Of a DNA stretch of 64,000 nucleotides, positions 9,507 through 19,705 are shown piece by piece. Location: the IMG/VR virus record IMGVR_UViG_3300008448_008004, positions 29,829 through 93,828 of that record; one strand, 5' to 3'. This DNA comes from a virus. Each line of letters starts with the position of its first letter. The first letter of the stretch is position 1. Made by a program: the position numbers and the translations under genes. The notes below the pieces were generated by a model. That model had not been told where the DNA came from and ran no database searches. It was given only the letters and a program-made list of their open reading frames with translations.

Positions 9507-12500
9507 ACAAAAACAAAATAAAAAAATTTACATTGAGACAGAATACGATAATATCGTTATTGTAAACCCAAACGAAGTTTTTACTCCTGATGGTAACAAA
9601 GAAGAACGCTTAGTTGACCACGAAGATTTGGTTTATTATGCAAATTTAGAAACATTTATTATACCTAGAACAAAATTGGCGATAGGACAAAGTTTTACTG
9701 ACCCTGTTTTTAATACAACAATTGCCACAATTTTTAAGGGCGATGATGCCCTTAAAGTTAATTTTTTAAAACCAAAGGGTAAAACTGAATTTGATACTAG
9801 TTGGTCTAATCAATTAACAGGTGAAGGCTCAAGACAACAAATGGGAGCCAATCAAACATCTGAAAGGGTTGTTAGTAATGAAGGAAGACAATCATTTCAA
9901 AGGAGCGTAAAAAATAATGAAGATACACAATTATTAGGTATTAAATCTATTAGAGTTAATATTAAAGGAACTGGAGTTCCTGAGGTTGCGATTGAAATGG
10001 TTGACATACAAGGTAGGTCTTTATTTGAACAGGGTGAGAATTCATTGTATTCTGCATTTTTTAACTTTCCATATCCATTATTTTATTTAACCCTTAAAGG
10101 TTATTATGGTAAGGCGGTCAGATATAGACTATCTTTAATGTCTTTTAATGCTTCTTTTGATGCTGATACTGGTAATTATAATATTTCACTAAAATTAATT
10201 GGTAAGTTCACCGCACTTTTATTTGACACACCATTGTCTTACGCGATAACTGCACCAAAAATGTATAATACACAGATAACCGTAACAGAGCCAAACGGTA
10301 ACAAAAGTTATTTCAATACATATAAGGGAAGACAAAAACTAAAAGAAGTCTACGATATATACAAAAGAAAAGGATTAATTTCTTCAGACTTTCCGGTTTT
10401 ATCTATAGAAGATTTTGTACATAGGGTAGAAAATTACAAAACAGGTTTAAAGGCCGACTTAACTAAACAAGAAGATTTTACAAAATTAAATGATTTACAA
10501 GATTTTGCAGACAATTTAAATAAATTAAAAACTGAAGTATTTGAATATGCAATTAATAATTACTTAGATAGAAGTAGTTACTACATTGTCGGACAAGAAA
10601 TTTATTACCCATTTAAAAAAGAAATCACATTTGAATCAAGAGAACTTTTTAAAACAAAAATTAAAGATAGAATACAAAAATATGTTTCATACTTAAAAGA
10701 AAATGCGACATTTGGGGAAGGAAAAAGTGCCGAATACCAAATCAACATTACTGTAAAAAATGAAAAAGACGTATTAAGAAAGTTAGATTTTAAAACTTGG
10801 TCGGACAATCAAGAAAATGTTAGAAACACTTATCAATCAAGGTATAACAAACCGTTAACATCAACAGACACTGAAGGTTATGAAAAGTTTGTCAGAGATG
10901 AAACTTTAACTGCCGTTTTAGATACTAAAGTGCAAAATGAAAATGGTGATTGGATTGAAGATAAACCCGATTACTTTGTTTTTGGTGATAAAATTATTTC
11001 AGACGGAACTTTTATAAAAAATTCATATTTAGACAAACTGGATGGCATGACAACTAGTTTAGAGGCTAAACAAAAAATCATTGAAGATAGATTAACTAAA
11101 TTTTATGCTGAACAACAATTAAAACAACCCACAAAGGGAGGTGGTGGATTAGGGTTTAAACCAACAATAAGAAATATTTTTGCGGTAATAATGGCAGGTG
11201 CTGATGCCTTTTACAGATTAATGGAAGATAATCATCAGGAGGCTTGGAATGTTAGAACTGAAAAAGATAGGTTATTGGCAGTTATACCTGCAGAAAAAAA
11301 CTTTTCAGTAGACGCTTTAAAGAGTATACAAAAATCTAGTGGTGAATTAAATGATGACAATGTTGTTTACCCATGGCCTTTATATTTTACTTTAGAAAAA
11401 CAAGAAAGTGGTTCTGACCTGTATACTATACAGTATCCTGGAGATGCAAAATACATTAGACAAACTAAAGCGTACGATTATAGAATTTGGCCTGAGGTTG
11501 GGTTTACAGAAGCCTTTATTAAGGCGTCTTTAGAAAAAGAAAGACCCGAATCAAATTATTCATATGATAACCCAACAGATGTTACAAAATACGTATCTTG
11601 TGGAGCGTTAGAGTTCCCTTTCAAAACCGCACCTTATCAAGATTTAAATGCGATTAAAATATTTTATGAAATTTTTGAAAGAACTTATTTAAGCTCACAT
11701 TACGGAAATTTACCTAATAATGTTGCAACAAAAAATCAGATAGATAAATTTTATGGTGATATAGAAAGTTTAAATTTAAGTTTAATTGCACCTGAAGATA
11801 TTACTTTAAATCAAACCCTTAGGAATTCAAAATTCAACATGCAAAAACTTGTTGAATATATGAAAGTAATATCTAACAATGGGCAGGGACAAAGTTGGCA
11901 AACATATATTAGGGATATTTTTACAACCGAGTATATACAAAATTTATTAAAAACTATTAATGAAATCTATTCAATTGACACAATAGAAAGTAGTTCCACA
12001 CAAGTTTCCGCGGATTTACCTTTGATAAAAAATATGGGTGAGTTTTTAAATGATAGTGCGACTTCTCAAAAAAATAGATTGGACACATACCCATTTACTG
12101 ATGTTAAGTGGTTAAAAAATAATATGTCTAATGGTAATAAAATTGAAAAATATGAAGACTTTAATAATACAACTAATAGTTTTGTTTTTTTAGAAAATAA
12201 AAAAACAATTGCAAGAACTACAAGTAAAAATAATTACAACAATTTAAAACTTTTTACAAGTCAAACTGTTTTTGAAAATCAAAACCAACAAAAGTTTACA
12301 AACTCCAGTAATCCCGAACAAGTCATAAATTCACAATTGGCTCTCAAAAATTATTTTGAAAATAGAAAACAAAAAGATTTATATCTTACAGAATCTTACA
12401 TTGATTATGGTTCTAGTTATAGCGGTAATTTAGGAACATTTATACAAACAACATCATTATTAAACACACCATATTTTGTAAATGCATTGACTGAAGGGGT

Positions 12501-15500
12501 AAAAAAACAAAAAAGTAAAAAATCAAACCCATATGCTGCTCTTGGATATTTGTTTCTTAATTCATTACCACTTATAACAACAAAGGAAAAAATAAAAAAT
12601 TTCAACGGAGTTGTTGCTACTGATTTAGATTACTTAGCCGCAACCTTCAACAAATTTTCTTCAATACACCAAGTTCCATATGCTTGGGTATTAAAATACG
12701 GCTCAATTTGGCATAGATATAAAAACTATGTTAATAACAAAATTGATATTTTAGATGATGTATGGAAAGATTTTGATTATGCAAAATCATATGACCCTGT
12801 TAGTGGTAATTCTTATACAAATTATACTATTCTTGATTATAGTGGAAATCCAAAACAAATATCATTACAAAGAGTAGAACTTTTGGGGGCATTCCCAAAT
12901 TTCACACAAAGAACCGATATTTTTAATACGGGATTTTATCCACAAGTGGTTAATTCTGTTGAGTACTATCTAAACGGGAAAGATTTATTTACAGGATATA
13001 CTGCAAATGATTTTTCAAACGCATATAAAAAGAAAGGGTTTAGAATTGGTTTTACAAGTAAATCATCAAGTAGTTTTCCAAAAGGGTTTGACCAACAAAA
13101 CAATATAAGGACACTAATAAAAACAAATGCATATGTATATAGAGTCGATAGTGGTGATACAAAAACACCTGGTAAAAAAATAATAATGTACCCATCCATG
13201 GGTGCCGTTCCGTTTGACCAAGCAATTTTTGAATGTTTTAACGATACTAATGAAATAACAAAAGATATCTATGATAACAAATCAATGTTTAATGGGACTG
13301 TAAGAACACTTTGGGGGGCATCACATTTTGGTTATTTTGATAATTCTTTAATAAAAAAACCAAAACCTACTGAATATCTAAAAGTAATCAAAACAAATAC
13401 CGATTCACAAAATGATTTTGATATTACAAATAACCAATCAACATATTCTTTGATTGAGGAAATTTTTAATTTATTTGATGTTGATTTATTAGATAAGATG
13501 GAGGCTAAGTTTTTAACGTTTTGTAACCCAACACCATCGGCAAATGATTTGATATTAAATAGTGAAAACATCAAAACATCTTACACAAGTAGTGGAGGAT
13601 TAACAAATGCAAATTTAAAATTATTAAAAAGTCAAATAAGTGGTTTATTCACCTATAGAACCATGTTTTTTGATGGTACAAATGAAGAAAACGATGGTAA
13701 CATGTTAATTGATGACCAATTACAAACAATGTATACAACACTTAAAGAGTTTTTAAACTTTGATTGTGTTATAAAAATTGGTAACCCAACACAATTTGAT
13801 AGAAAATTATTTGACTCATTCAGTAACCTGACTCAAATGCAAACTGTGGACAAATTAACTTTTGATAGTTATATCGCCAATAATTTACCAGGGGACGGAA
13901 CTCCAATTACTTTGACACAAAGTTTAGCTAAAAATTCTGAAGCTTGGAAAGCGCTTAGAAAATATGTTGGATTTTCATCTATCAATGGGATTGATTATCA
14001 AAATCAAGTTGATAGTGCGTTTCCTTCAGTTAGTGGTATTACAACCGCAGCAACACAATCAGTACAAGTACAATTTATTGGAGATTACTCAACTCAATTT
14101 CCGGCAAATTCAGGAACTACAGATATTATTAACGTCCAAAAAACAGATGGTACTTATCAAGTTTTTAGAATTATAGGTGAAGCAAATCCACAAGATATCA
14201 AAACCAAACTTCAAAATATTAAATTCTATCAACCATACTCAAATATTGAAGACAGTTCAAATACGGTTCCCTCAACCACAGAAAATGATTTTACAACAAA
14301 TTATCAGTACGTTTCAACAATACAGGACATTGCGCCTGGAGATTACCAAATGGTTATTACGTATATACCAAACTTACTTCAATTAACTCCGATAAAATTA
14401 ATAGCCGCGGTCTCAACATTTCCTGGAATTCAAACGACAAATCCTTTTATTACAACACCATTCTCATTTCCACAACCATTTCCTAATACCGAAAAGTCAT
14501 TTGTTTCTGATTTCTTTTTTGATAACAATATAAAATTTACAAAAGAAAATATTGAAACACTTTACCCATTAATAAGATTATATTCAGAATTAAAACGAGA
14601 AGATAAAACTTTTGATAAAAACAAATTTACAACTTATATTAATGACTTTCTTTTAGACAGGTATGATTTACAAAATAAGATGGTAAATGAAACTTTTAGT
14701 AATTTAAATAAAATATTAAAAAATATTGAGGTTGATTTAGGTTTACCTAAAACTGCAATGAATGGAGATACAACAAAATTATCAACATATAATACATTAA
14801 AAGGTTTTAATGATAAATGGATTGCGGGTTCTGATTTAAAAACAAATACATTATTTGAGGATTTCTTATTTATGGATAGAGCAAATAGTGATTTAGGAGA
14901 TAGTTTTGTTTTAGATGTTGAAAAAGTGGTAAGTAGATTATCCATAGACACTAATCAAAATCAAAGTTTAATGTCATTGGTTAGTTCAATTTTGGAAGAT
15001 AATTTTTTTATTTTTATGGCAATGCCCGCTTACATTAATTTTTATGGAATCCAACAAGCCGCAAAAAAACCAGAGGCGTTAAGGGATAGTGAAATTGGTA
15101 ATAGTTTATTTGGGACTTATTTAGAAGTGGATTATACCAAATCAAGTCCAAAATTTTTATGTCTATATATTGGTAACCCTTCAGAATATCCTAAACCAAA
15201 AGAAAACACTTTTAATAGATTTGGTGACGATAGTTTTGATTTAAGAGTTCCTGATAATCCAGTAAGAAGGTCAGACCCAAATACAAATTACTCACTAAGT
15301 AATCGTGTTGTTGGATTTGCGGTAGATTTTGGAATTAGAAACCAAAACATATTTAAAAGTTTGAGTTTAGACATGTCAGAAATGAAAAATACTTCAGAGT
15401 CATTTAAAGTTTACGCTGATATGGGTAGCTCAGTTGCAGGGGATAAAGTTGGTCAACAATCACAATCATTATATAGTATATATAAATCTAGGTCATATGC

Positions 15501-16461
15501 TTGTGGGGTAACATCTATGGGTAATGCCATGATACAACCAACTATGTATTTTATTTTAAGACACGTTCCTATGTTTTATGGACCTTATTGGATTACAGAA
15601 GTAAACCATAATGTGACAGAAAGAGGTTTTGATACTGATTTTAAAGGAACAAGAATTCCTAAATATGCATTACCACAAGTTGATAATTTATTGGCGTCAG
15701 TTAATAAAGATGTTATAAGTAAAATTAAAGAAATTGCGGCAAAAGATAAAAAACCAAAAACACAACAAAGATTAGATGAGGAAAAATTGTTAAGTGAAAA
15801 TCCAACAATAAATACTTTAGCGGGAAATGATTCAGATTGTAAAGATAATATCCCAACACCATATATAAATATACCTTTTGAAGACCTCACACAAACAACT
15901 TTTACTACAGAAGACATTTATCCTTTAATAAAACAAGCAACAACTGACACTAATATGAGGGCACTTATTTGGGGTATTGCTCAAATTATGACTGGTACTA
16001 CATTAAATAATGACGTTTATAATTGTATTAATAATAATCCATTCGAGATTAACACTGAGAGCTCATGGCCTGGAAATTTAAATTCATATATTAAAAAACA
16101 ATCATGCGTTAAAATTGCCAACAATTCATTAAGATTAGTAAAATTTGATAATCTTTCAGAATCAATTGCATTTATGGCTTCTTTTATGAATGAAGTTGTA
16201 AAAAATAATGTCGAACCACTTAAAACGTTAAATGTTGATACAGATATAAATAAAAGTTACGGTAAAGCTTTATTCCAAATAGCTTATACTACGTGGTTAA
16301 CACCATTGGCGTTTACCAATTCATTAAATTCTGAAGGAATTAAAGATACCACTGTAAATGATTTTTCAGAACCAAATGGAGACTATAGTGTGAACACTTA
16401 TAACCTTTTTGTTAGCGTATTTACTAATGCTTATGAATATTTTAAACAAAACCCAAATTAA
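9496..16461 (+). CDS. Giant baseplate hub protein (gp27/late control D-like; 2321 aa)
   Basis: N-terminal LGI.SI.V.......V.I...D..GR.LF..G and YP.FYLTLKGYYG; C-terminal Y...V..MGN.MIQP..YF......F.G.Y.I.EV.H.......T.F.G.R is typical of hub OB folds. Confidence 0.6.
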   Translation: MAVRQKQNKKIYIETEYDNIVIVNPNEVFTPDGNKEERLVDHEDLVYYANLETFIIPRTKLAIGQSFTDPVFNTTIATIFKGDDALKVNFLKPKGKTEFDTSWSNQLTGEGSRQQMGANQTSERVVSNEGRQSFQRSVKNNEDTQLLGIKSIRVNIKGTGVPEVAIEMVDIQGRSLFEQGENSLYSAFFNFPYPLFYLTLKGYYGKAVRYRLSLMSFNASFDADTGNYNISLKLIGKFTALLFDTPLSYAITAPKMYNTQITVTEPNGNKSYFNTYKGRQKLKEVYDIYKRKGLISSDFPVLSIEDFVHRVENYKTGLKADLTKQEDFTKLNDLQDFADNLNKLKTEVFEYAINNYLDRSSYYIVGQEIYYPFKKEITFESRELFKTKIKDRIQKYVSYLKENATFGEGKSAEYQINITVKNEKDVLRKLDFKTWSDNQENVRNTYQSRYNKPLTSTDTEGYEKFVRDETLTAVLDTKVQNENGDWIEDKPDYFVFGDKIISDGTFIKNSYLDKLDGMTTSLEAKQKIIEDRLTKFYAEQQLKQPTKGGGGLGFKPTIRNIFAVIMAGADAFYRLMEDNHQEAWNVRTEKDRLLAVIPAEKNFSVDALKSIQKSSGELNDDNVVYPWPLYFTLEKQESGSDLYTIQYPGDAKYIRQTKAYDYRIWPEVGFTEAFIKASLEKERPESNYSYDNPTDVTKYVSCGALEFPFKTAPYQDLNAIKIFYEIFERTYLSSHYGNLPNNVATKNQIDKFYGDIESLNLSLIAPEDITLNQTLRNSKFNMQKLVEYMKVISNNGQGQSWQTYIRDIFTTEYIQNLLKTINEIYSIDTIESSSTQVSADLPLIKNMGEFLNDSATSQKNRLDTYPFTDVKWLKNNMSNGNKIEKYEDFNNTTNSFVFLENKKTIARTTSKNNYNNLKLFTSQTVFENQNQQKFTNSSNPEQVINSQLALKNYFENRKQKDLYLTESYIDYGSSYSGNLGTFIQTTSLLNTPYFVNALTEGVKKQKSKKSNPYAALGYLFLNSLPLITTKEKIKNFNGVVATDLDYLAATFNKFSSIHQVPYAWVLKYGSIWHRYKNYVNNKIDILDDVWKDFDYAKSYDPVSGNSYTNYTILDYSGNPKQISLQRVELLGAFPNFTQRTDIFNTGFYPQVVNSVEYYLNGKDLFTGYTANDFSNAYKKKGFRIGFTSKSSSSFPKGFDQQNNIRTLIKTNAYVYRVDSGDTKTPGKKIIMYPSMGAVPFDQAIFECFNDTNEITKDIYDNKSMFNGTVRTLWGASHFGYFDNSLIKKPKPTEYLKVIKTNTDSQNDFDITNNQSTYSLIEEIFNLFDVDLLDKMEAKFLTFCNPTPSANDLILNSENIKTSYTSSGGLTNANLKLLKSQISGLFTYRTMFFDGTNEENDGNMLIDDQLQTMYTTLKEFLNFDCVIKIGNPTQFDRKLFDSFSNLTQMQTVDKLTFDSYIANNLPGDGTPITLTQSLAKNSEAWKALRKYVGFSSINGIDYQNQVDSAFPSVSGITTAATQSVQVQFIGDYSTQFPANSGTTDIINVQKTDGTYQVFRIIGEANPQDIKTKLQNIKFYQPYSNIEDSSNTVPSTTENDFTTNYQYVSTIQDIAPGDYQMVITYIPNLLQLTPIKLIAAVSTFPGIQTTNPFITTPFSFPQPFPNTEKSFVSDFFFDNNIKFTKENIETLYPLIRLYSELKREDKTFDKNKFTTYINDFLLDRYDLQNKMVNETFSNLNKILKNIEVDLGLPKTAMNGDTTKLSTYNTLKGFNDKWIAGSDLKTNTLFEDFLFMDRANSDLGDSFVLDVEKVVSRLSIDTNQNQSLMSLVSSILEDNFFIFMAMPAYINFYGIQQAAKKPEALRDSEIGNSLFGTYLEVDYTKSSPKFLCLYIGNPSEYPKPKENTFNRFGDDSFDLRVPDNPVRRSDPNTNYSLSNRVVGFAVDFGIRNQNIFKSLSLDMSEMKNTSESFKVYADMGSSVAGDKVGQQSQSLYSIYKSRSYACGVTSMGNAMIQPTMYFILRHVPMFYGPYWITEVNHNVTERGFDTDFKGTRIPKYALPQVDNLLASVNKDVISKIKEIAAKDKKPKTQQRLDEEKLLSENPTINTLAGNDSDCKDNIPTPYINIPFEDLTQTTFTTEDIYPLIKQATTDTNMRALIWGIAQIMTGTTLNNDVYNCINNNPFEINTESSWPGNLNSYIKKQSCVKIANNSLRLVKFDNLSESIAFMASFMNEVVKNNVEPLKTLNVDTDINKSYGKALFQIAYTTWLTPLAFTNSLNSEGIKDTTVNDFSEPNGDYSVNTYNLFVSVFTNAYEYFKQNPN

Positions 16462-16465
16462 GATA

Positions 16466-16473
16466 TATTTATA
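16466..16473 (+). promoter_or_regulatory. TATTTATA putative late-promoter motif
   Basis: In a 24-nt intergenic gap before 16486. Confidence 0.55.
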
Positions 16474-16485
16474 TAATAAAATGCT

Positions 16486-16713
16486 ATGAATAATATGAAA
16501 GCACTATTAGACGATTATTTAAAAAAAGATACAAGAGTTACTCAAAAAGATGCGGGTAATGGGTATCAGGAAGTTTGTGACTTAGACACAGGCGATTGTT
16601 ATACTATCAGAATGAAAGATGGTTTAATTGAAAGAGTGGATAATACCATGAAAACAAATAGAACATTAAGAGTCGAAACTCCACAAGGAGTTAAAACATT
16701 ACTAAACGGTTAA
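16486..16713 (+). CDS. Hypothetical protein (75 aa, C-x6-C)
   Basis: ORF with normal codon usage; EVCDLDTGDCY. Confidence 0.7.
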   Translation: MNNMKALLDDYLKKDTRVTQKDAGNGYQEVCDLDTGDCYTIRMKDGLIERVDNTMKTNRTLRVETPQGVKTLLNG

Positions 16714-16723
16714 GAATATAAAA

Positions 16724-17413
16724 ATGAGTATAGAAAGAAAAATTTTAGAAGAATTAAAACGTTTTAACCAAATTAATTCATACATTCTTAATGAACAACC
16801 CGAACCACCGGCACCTGAAGGTGATTTACCACCAGCGCCCGAAGCGGGAGCACCGGCACCTGATGCAGGAGCAGCACCGGCACCTGATGCAGGGGCGGCA
16901 CCGGCACCTGATGCGGGAGCAGCACCAGCAGGGGGAGAGGCTATTCCTGAACCTGTTGATATTGAAAATGACCCTGATGTTGAAGAAGTGGGTGGAGAAG
17001 CAAAAGGTGGTGAAGATGAAGAATCAGAAGAAATTGATATTACGGACCTTGTAACATCACAACAAGAAATACAAGCTAAACAAGATGAGTTCATGGATAG
17101 TATGTTTTCTAAACTTGATGATTTAGCATCTAAGTTAGAGAACATGGACCAAATAATGAATAAGATAAATGATTTGGAATCTAAATTTGATAAATACAGA
17201 GAAAAAACACCTGAAGAAAAATTGATGTTACGTTCTTTGGACTCTTATCCATATAATCAAAAACTAACTGATTTTTTTGATGACAAAAAAGATGAAATGG
17301 AAGAAACAGGAAAAAATGAATATGTATTAACTTCAGATGAGGTTGAGAATTTTTCACCTAACGAAGTTAAAAAAACATTTAACATTTACGATAATGAAGA
17401 AGACAATATGTAA
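16724..17413 (+). CDS. Acidic Pro/Ala-rich coiled-coil protein, possibly head-internal or scaffold-like
   Basis: N-terminal ILEELKRF...YILNEQ leader, APAPDAGA repeats, acidic tract, heptad region. Confidence 0.6.
   Translation: MSIERKILEELKRFNQINSYILNEQPEPPAPEGDLPPAPEAGAPAPDAGAAPAPDAGAAPAPDAGAAPAGGEAIPEPVDIENDPDVEEVGGEAKGGEDEESEEIDITDLVTSQQEIQAKQDEFMDSMFSKLDDLASKLENMDQIMNKINDLESKFDKYREKTPEEKLMLRSLDSYPYNQKLTDFFDDKKDEMEETGKNEYVLTSDEVENFSPNEVKKTFNIYDNEEDNM
16850..16930 (+). repeat. 24-bp tandem repeat, 3 copies plus a partial (GCACCGGCACCTGATGCRGGRGCR) encoding APAPDAGA
   Basis: Copies at 16850, 16874, 16898 and a partial at 16922. Confidence 0.9.
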
Positions 17414-17438
17414 TTTTACACATAATTTTTAATATAAA

Positions 17439-17464
17439 TAAAGGGGGCGTTTGTCCCCTTTTTT
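17439..17464 (+). terminator. Rho-independent terminator closing the late block
   Basis: AAAGGGGGC-GTTT-GTCCCCTTT followed by Ts. Confidence 0.75.
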
Positions 17465-17465
17465 A

Positions 17466-17496
17466 TTTGACAAACTTGAATATTCACCTATATTTG
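17466..17496 (+). promoter_or_regulatory. Bacteroidota housekeeping-sigma promoter (-33 TTTG / -7 TAnnTTTG)
   Basis: TTTG(17466-69)-N19-TATATTTG(17489-96), an exact match to the Bacteroides/Flavobacterium consensus, directly after a terminator. Confidence 0.8.
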
Positions 17497-17531
17497 TTGT
17501 AGATAAAAGAGTAATAATTAAAAATTTATTT

Positions 17532-18386
17532 ATGGCAAATTCAGTATTAGATTCAGTACTAGCACAGTACGAAAAGAACGCGACCACATCAAGTTCGCAA
17601 AAATCAAACATCTCACAAGAAGACAGATTGAAAAAGTATTTTTCAGCTATTCTTCAAAAGAATGAAAAATCCGCATCTCGTAGAATCCGTATCTTACCTA
17701 CAAAAGATGGTTCTTCACCATTTGTTGAAGTGTGGTATCACGAAATTCAAGTAAACGGACAATGGGTTAAGTTGTATGACCCCGATAAAAATGACAACCA
17801 ACGTTCACCATTGACTGAAGTTTATAATGAACTAATTTCGACAGGTAAGAAAGAGGATAAAGAATTGGCATCTCAGTACCGTTCACGTTTATTTTACATT
17901 GTAAAAGTAATTGACCGTGACAACGAACAAGACGGTGTTAAATTTTGGAGATTCAAACACAACTACAAACAAGAAGGAGTGTTAGATAAAATCTTACCAA
18001 TTTGGAAAGCTAAAGGTGACGTTACAGATGCTGAAAAAGGACGTGATTTAATCATCGAACTTACAAAGGCAAAAACACCACAAGGAAAAGAATACACGGT
18101 TATTCAAACAATCATGTATGATGACCCTCAACCACTTCACGAAGATAAAGGAATTATGGAAGGATGGCTCCAAGATGAACTTACGTGGAATGATGCGTAT
18201 TCAAAAAAACCTGTAGAATACTTAGAGGCAGTTGCAGTTGGCGAAACTCCAATTTGGTCTTCTGAACTTAAAAAGTATGTATACGGAGAAGAAGCAGAAA
18301 TCTCACTTGGGGGGACAAAACAAGAAACACCTGCTCCTGCAGACCCACAAGCAAATGACGAACCTGCAGAAGATTTGCCATTCTAA
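17532..18386 (+). CDS. Single-stranded DNA-binding protein, T4 gp32-like
   Basis: IRILP, PF.E..YH, V.DR, G...W.F and D...G.DL motifs; acidic tail ending EDLPF. Start set at ATG 17532 because the track's 17451 start lies inside the terminator. Confidence 0.8.
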   Translation: MANSVLDSVLAQYEKNATTSSSQKSNISQEDRLKKYFSAILQKNEKSASRRIRILPTKDGSSPFVEVWYHEIQVNGQWVKLYDPDKNDNQRSPLTEVYNELISTGKKEDKELASQYRSRLFYIVKVIDRDNEQDGVKFWRFKHNYKQEGVLDKILPIWKAKGDVTDAEKGRDLIIELTKAKTPQGKEYTVIQTIMYDDPQPLHEDKGIMEGWLQDELTWNDAYSKKPVEYLEAVAVGETPIWSSELKKYVYGEEAEISLGGTKQETPAPADPQANDEPAEDLPF

Positions 18387-18394
18387 ATTTTATC

Positions 18395-18431
18395 AAAGCA
18401 TGGATACCTTGCAAGTGTCCATGCTTTTTTT
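18395..18431 (+). terminator. Rho-independent terminator/attenuator after ssb
   Basis: AAAGCATGGATAC-loop-GTGTCCATGCTTT plus a T run. Confidence 0.8.
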
Positions 18432-18453
18432 ATTAACTAATTAAAACAAAAAC

Positions 18454-18675
18454 ATGAAACCAATTATTGCAGAAAAACTAAAAGACGCTTTAATCAAAAA
18501 GTATGAAGCAGAGATTGCTGACGCTGAAGCACGTTTATATGTTTATTTTACAAACCCTGTTGGAATTGGAGAACATCCACAACACACAGAAGAAATGGAC
18601 AATTTGGTTGGACAACTTACCGACGCAAAAGATAAGTTAGAAACCATAACAGAATTTAAATTATACGAATTATAA
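18454..18675 (+). CDS. Small conserved phage helical-hairpin protein (VGIGEH type)
   Basis: NPVGIGEHP motif between two helices, recalled from T4-like phages. Confidence 0.6.
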   Translation: MKPIIAEKLKDALIKKYEAEIADAEARLYVYFTNPVGIGEHPQHTEEMDNLVGQLTDAKDKLETITEFKLYEL

Positions 18676-18676
18676 T

Positions 18677-19684
18677 ATGGCCATTAAGAAAAACGATTTC
18701 GGTTCATTAAAGAAAAAATTCTCCACATCGGCGAAGTATAAACCACAAAGATTTTTTGATTTGGGTTCTGACTTCTTGGATGCGGTTGGTTTACCAGGTC
18801 CCGCTATTGGACACCTTAATATGTTGTTAGGTCACTCTGACACAGGAAAAACTACAGCATTAGTTAAAACTGCGGTTGATGCACAAAAGAAAGGTATTCT
18901 ACCTGTATTCATTATTACAGAACAGAAGTGGTCTTTTGAACACGCAAAACTAATGGGGTTTGAATGTGAAGAAGTGGTTGACGAAGAAACGGGTGAACTT
19001 GATTGGGACGGATTTTTTATATTCAACAACAATTTTGAATACATCGAACAAATTACAGATTATATTAATAGTTTGTTAGATGCTCAAGAAAAGGGTGAAT
19101 TAGAATATTCATTATGTTTCTTATGGGATTCAGTAGGGTCTGTTCCTTGTAAGATGACTTATGAAGGTAAAGGTGGTAAACAACACAACGCATCAACATT
19201 GGCCGACAAAATTGGTATGGGTATCAACCAACGTATTTCGGGGTCTCGTAAATCAGATTCTAAATACGAAAATACCTTAATCATTGTTAATCAACCATGG
19301 GTGGAATTACCTGACAATCCGTTCGGTCAACCCAAAATTAAAGCAAAAGGTGGTGAAGCAATTTGGTTAAACTCATCGTTAGTGTTCTTGTTCGGAAATC
19401 AAAAAGGTGCGGGCACAACTAAGATTACAGCAACTAAAGACAAACGAACAGTTAAGTTTGCTACAAGAACAAAAGTATCTGTTATGAAAAACCACATCAA
19501 CGGACTTGGGTTTGAAGATGGTAGAATTATCGTAACGCCACACGGGTTCTTACCGGGTAAAGATACTACAGAGGAGAAAGCTTCCGTAGAAAAGTATAAG
19601 AAAGAATATGCTGAGTATTGGAAGGAAATAATCGGAGTTGATGGTGACTTTGATTTGAAAACAGAAAAAGAAGAAGTAGAGTAG
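18677..19684 (+). CDS. recA: RecA/UvsX-like recombinase
   Basis: Walker A GHSDTGKT, ITEQK, Walker B FLWDSVG, IIVNQ, KGGEA and KNH. Confidence 0.85.
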   Translation: MAIKKNDFGSLKKKFSTSAKYKPQRFFDLGSDFLDAVGLPGPAIGHLNMLLGHSDTGKTTALVKTAVDAQKKGILPVFIITEQKWSFEHAKLMGFECEEVVDEETGELDWDGFFIFNNNFEYIEQITDYINSLLDAQEKGELEYSLCFLWDSVGSVPCKMTYEGKGGKQHNASTLADKIGMGINQRISGSRKSDSKYENTLIIVNQPWVELPDNPFGQPKIKAKGGEAIWLNSSLVFLFGNQKGAGTTKITATKDKRTVKFATRTKVSVMKNHINGLGFEDGRIIVTPHGFLPGKDTTEEKASVEKYKKEYAEYWKEIIGVDGDFDLKTEKEEVE

Positions 19685-19705
19685 TAACAATTAAAAAACA
19701 AAAAA

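Noticed and set aside
16702-17145. Minus-strand and alternate-frame ORFs over the 24-bp repeat; CRISPR-like appearance
   Set aside because: The repeats are contiguous, in-frame and lack spacers; the extra ORFs arise from GC-rich repeat codons
17451-17531. 27-aa N-terminal extension of SSB in the ORF track
   Set aside because: It starts inside the terminator and spans the promoter; ATG 17532 is more plausible
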